In this document: positions 61,474 through 64,000 of the stretch, piece by piece
Layout: every line of letters starts with the position of its first letter
How positions within the stretch are numbered: the stretch's first letter is position 1
Assembly (NCBI GenBank): GCA_016189835.1
Contig: JACPRU010000057.1
Coordinates: 24,454-88,453, forward strand
From: Deltaproteobacteria bacterium
Lineage (GTDB): Bacteria > Desulfobacterota > Binatia > JACPRU01
DNA: 64,000 bases
Direction: 5' to 3'
Made by a program: the position numbers and the translations under genes
Notes under the pieces: model-generated
Databases searched by the model: none
Seen by the model: only the letters and a program-made list of their open reading frames with translations
What the model was told of the DNA's origin: nothing

Positions 61474-64000
61474 TGGATCTCGCCAAGGCCTACGAGCCGG
61501 GCACGGTCGAGGAGAAGTGGTACCGGCGGTGGCGCGAGCGCGGCTACTTCCGCGGGGACGAGAAGCGGTCGGGAGCGGCCTTTTCGATGGTCATCCCGCC
61601 GCCGAACATCACCGGCTCGCTGCACATGGGCCACGCGCTGAACAACACCATCCAGGACATCCTCTGCCGCTACCACCGGATGCGCGGCGACGTGACGCTG
61701 TGGATTCCCGGCACGGACCACGCGGGCATCGCCACTCAAAACGTCGTCGAGCGCCAACTCGCCGGCGAGGGGGTCGAGCGGCGCGCGCTCGGGCGCGAGC
61801 GGTTCGTCGAGCGCGTTTGGTCGTGGAAGAAGGAATCCGGCTCGACGATCACCCGCCAGCTCGCCCGGCTCGGCGTCTCCTGCGACTGGGAGCGAGAGCG
61901 CTTCACGATGGACGAGGGGCTGTCGCGCGCGGTGCGCGAGGTGTTCGTCACGCTCTACGAAGAGGGGCTCATCTATCGCGACCGTTATCTCATCAACTGG
62001 TGCCCGCGCTGCCAGACGGCGCTGTCGGACCTCGAGTCGGAGCACCAGCCGGTCGAGGGCCGGCTCTGGTACATTCGCTATCCGCGCGTCGACGGCCGGG
62101 GCTTCGTCGTGGTCGCGACCACTCGCCCGGAGACGCTGCTCGGCGACACCGCGGTCGCCGTCCATCCCGACGACGAGCGCTACCGCGACCTCGTCGGAAC
62201 GAAGGTGATCCTGCCGGCGGTGGGCGTGGAGATCCCGGTCATCAGCGACGAAGCGGTGAGCCGCGAGTTCGGCACGGGGGTCGTCAAGGTGACGCCCGGG
62301 CACGATCCCAACGATTACCTGATGGGGCGCCGGCATGGCCTCGAGATGATCTCGGTCCTGGATACCCGCGCGCGGATGACGGGGCGGCGCGCGGGACCGT
62401 ACGCGCTGCAGGACCGGCTCGAGTGCCGGGCGCGCATCGTCGAGGATCTCGAGCGGGCCGGGCTCGTCGAGAAGGTCGAGCCGCACGCTCACTCCGTCGG
62501 TCACTGCTATCGGTGCCGCACGGTGGTCGAGCCGATGCTGTCGGTGCAGTGGTTCGTGAGGATCGCGCCGCTCGCCGAGCCGGCGATCGCCGCGGTGCGG
62601 GAGGGGCGGACGCGATTCGTGCCCGAGCACTGGGAGAAGGTCTACTTCGGCTGGATGGAAAACATCCGCGACTGGTGCATCTCGCGCCAGCTCTGGTGGG
62701 GGCACCAGATCCCGGCCTGGTACTGCCGCCGGTGCGACGCGCAAAACATTCTCGGCGCGGACGAGGACGGCAACCTGCTGCTCGGCGAGGACGCCGAGCC
62801 GATCGTCTCGCGCACGGACCCGACCGAGTGTGCCCGCGGCCACCGGGATCTCGTGCGCGACAGCGACGTGCTCGACACCTGGTTCAGCTCGGCGCTGTGG
62901 CCGTTCAGCACCATGGGGTGGCCGGAGAAGACCGAGACGCTGGCACGCTTCTACCCGACCTCCGCGCTCGTCACCGGCTTCGACATCATCTTCTTCTGGG
63001 TCGCCCGCATGATGATGATGGGCCTCCACTTCATGAAGGAGGTGCCGTTTCGCGACGTCTACGTGCACGCTCTGGTGCGCGACGAGCAGGGTCAGAAGAT
63101 GTCGAAGTCCAAGGGCAACGTCATCGACCCGCTCGCGCTGCTCGATCGCTACGGCACCGATGCGCTGCGCTTCACGCTGGTCGCGCTCTCCGCGATGGGG
63201 CGCGACATCAAGCTCTCCGAGGAGCGCGTCGAAGGGTATCGGAACTTCGCCAACAAGATCTGGAACGCCGCGCGGTTCGTGCTGATGAACAGCGCGGAGG
63301 ACGGAGAAGAGGAGCGACGGCCCCTCTCGGCGCGCGCAGCGGGCCCCGAACCCCGTTCCGCCCTGCCCGCGCCGGACGACGACCTGACGCTCGCCGACCG
63401 CTGGATCCTGCATCGTCTGGCGGCGACCGGCGGCGAAGTGCGGGACGCCCTCGACGCTTACCGCTTCAACGAGGCGGCCGCCGCCCTCTACCGCTTTCTG
63501 TGGGCGGATTACTGCGACTGGTACCTGGAGATGGCGAAGATCTCGCTCGCCGATCCGGCGCGGCGCGCGACCACGCGGCGCGTGCTGGTGTCGGTGCTCG
63601 AGCACTTTCTCCGCCTGCTTCACCCCTTCATGCCGTTTCTCACCGAGGAGCTGTGGCAGGCGCTGCCGGCCGGCCGGGATGCGGAGAGCATCATGCTCGC
63701 GCCTTATCCGGCCGCCGACGAAGCGTGGCGGCGCACCGACGTCGGCGCCATGGACGTGGTGATCGAGGTGATCCGCGCGGTGCGCAACCTGCGCGCGGAC
63801 TTGAACGTCGCACCGACGGCGACGCTCGAGCTGGTCGCCTTCGGCGATGCGGCGGCTCGCCTGGGCCCCCACGAGGCCTACCTGCGCCGGCTGGCGGGAA
63901 TCCGCTCGATCGAGGGCCGCGCCGACGGGGAGCGGCCGAGGGGAGCGGCGATTCTCGTCGTCGCCGGTCTCGAGATGGCCGTGCCGCTACGCGGCGTCAT
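61473..64000 (+). CDS. valS: Valyl-tRNA synthetase (3' end beyond the window)
   Basis: This open-ended plus-strand frame is absent from the ORF track. The GTG at 61473 overlaps the gpmA TAG by 1 nt. It reads [17 protein letters not shown]...[16 protein letters not shown]...KMSKSKGN. The 800-aa track ORF on the opposite strand is its shadow. Confidence 0.93.
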   Translation, partial: MDLAKAYEPGTVEEKWYRRWRERGYFRGDEKRSGAAFSMVIPPPNITGSLHMGHALNNTIQDILCRYHRMRGDVTLWIPGTDHAGIATQNVVERQLAGEGVERRALGRERFVERVWSWKKESGSTITRQLARLGVSCDWERERFTMDEGLSRAVREVFVTLYEEGLIYRDRYLINWCPRCQTALSDLESEHQPVEGRLWYIRYPRVDGRGFVVVATTRPETLLGDTAVAVHPDDERYRDLVGTKVILPAVGVEIPVISDEAVSREFGTGVVKVTPGHDPNDYLMGRRHGLEMISVLDTRARMTGRRAGPYALQDRLECRARIVEDLERAGLVEKVEPHAHSVGHCYRCRTVVEPMLSVQWFVRIAPLAEPAIAAVREGRTRFVPEHWEKVYFGWMENIRDWCISRQLWWGHQIPAWYCRRCDAQNILGADEDGNLLLGEDAEPIVSRTDPTECARGHRDLVRDSDVLDTWFSSALWPFSTMGWPEKTETLARFYPTSALVTGFDIIFFWVARMMMMGLHFMKEVPFRDVYVHALVRDEQGQKMSKSKGNVIDPLALLDRYGTDALRFTLVALSAMGRDIKLSEERVEGYRNFANKIWNAARFVLMNSAEDGEEERRPLSARAAGPEPRSALPAPDDDLTLADRWILHRLAATGGEVRDALDAYRFNEAAAALYRFLWADYCDWYLEMAKISLADPARRATTRRVLVSVLEHFLRLLHPFMPFLTEELWQALPAGRDAESIMLAPYPAADEAWRRTDVGAMDVVIEVIRAVRNLRADLNVAPTATLELVAFGDAAARLGPHEAYLRRLAGIRSIEGRADGERPRGAAILVVAGLEMAVPLRGV

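Noticed and set aside
61470-63872. An 800-aa minus-strand ORF.
   Set aside because: It is antisense to an unmistakable valS frame (HIGH-type motif and KMSKS). That frame is missing from the track only because it runs off the window. The minus-strand product has no recognisable domains.

Overview
Very GC-rich (about 70% by eye, not computed), gene-dense chromosomal DNA. Envelope genes indicate a diderm bacterium: lnt, lspA, an outer-membrane beta-barrel, an OmpA-domain lipoprotein and an OprI/Lpp-like lipoprotein. I call about 60 protein genes or pseudogenes, one tRNA-Leu(CAG), several sigma70-like promoters and four intrinsic terminators. I saw no rRNA, CRISPR array, transposase, integrase or prophage genes. 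Most content is housekeeping: serC-like/serA, purA, maf-yggS/proC/yggT, ileS-lspA, rsmD-coaD, fabH, rimI, pyrD, carD, glyA-like, gpmA and valS. Neighbouring genes often share 4-nt start/stop overlaps (ATGA/GTGA). Many long ORFs in the six-frame track are antisense or shadow ORFs typical of high-GC DNA, and I reject them. No known defence or mobile system is recognisable. The most unusual items are:
- a translationally coupled ggt / O-antigen-ligase-like / PP2C / 1356-aa Hanks-kinase operon, whose kinase carries eight ~82-aa repeats
- two domain fusions, Maf-YggS and Nudix-AMMECR1
- a duplicated structured element between serA and purA
- two perfect DnaA boxes in one intergenic region
- a duplicated glycine-zipper lipoprotein module under purifying selection
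- a coupled pair of FabH paralogues, one with altered catalytic motifs
- recurrent promoters placed for leaderless translation
- four degraded genes, three explained by single-base indels.
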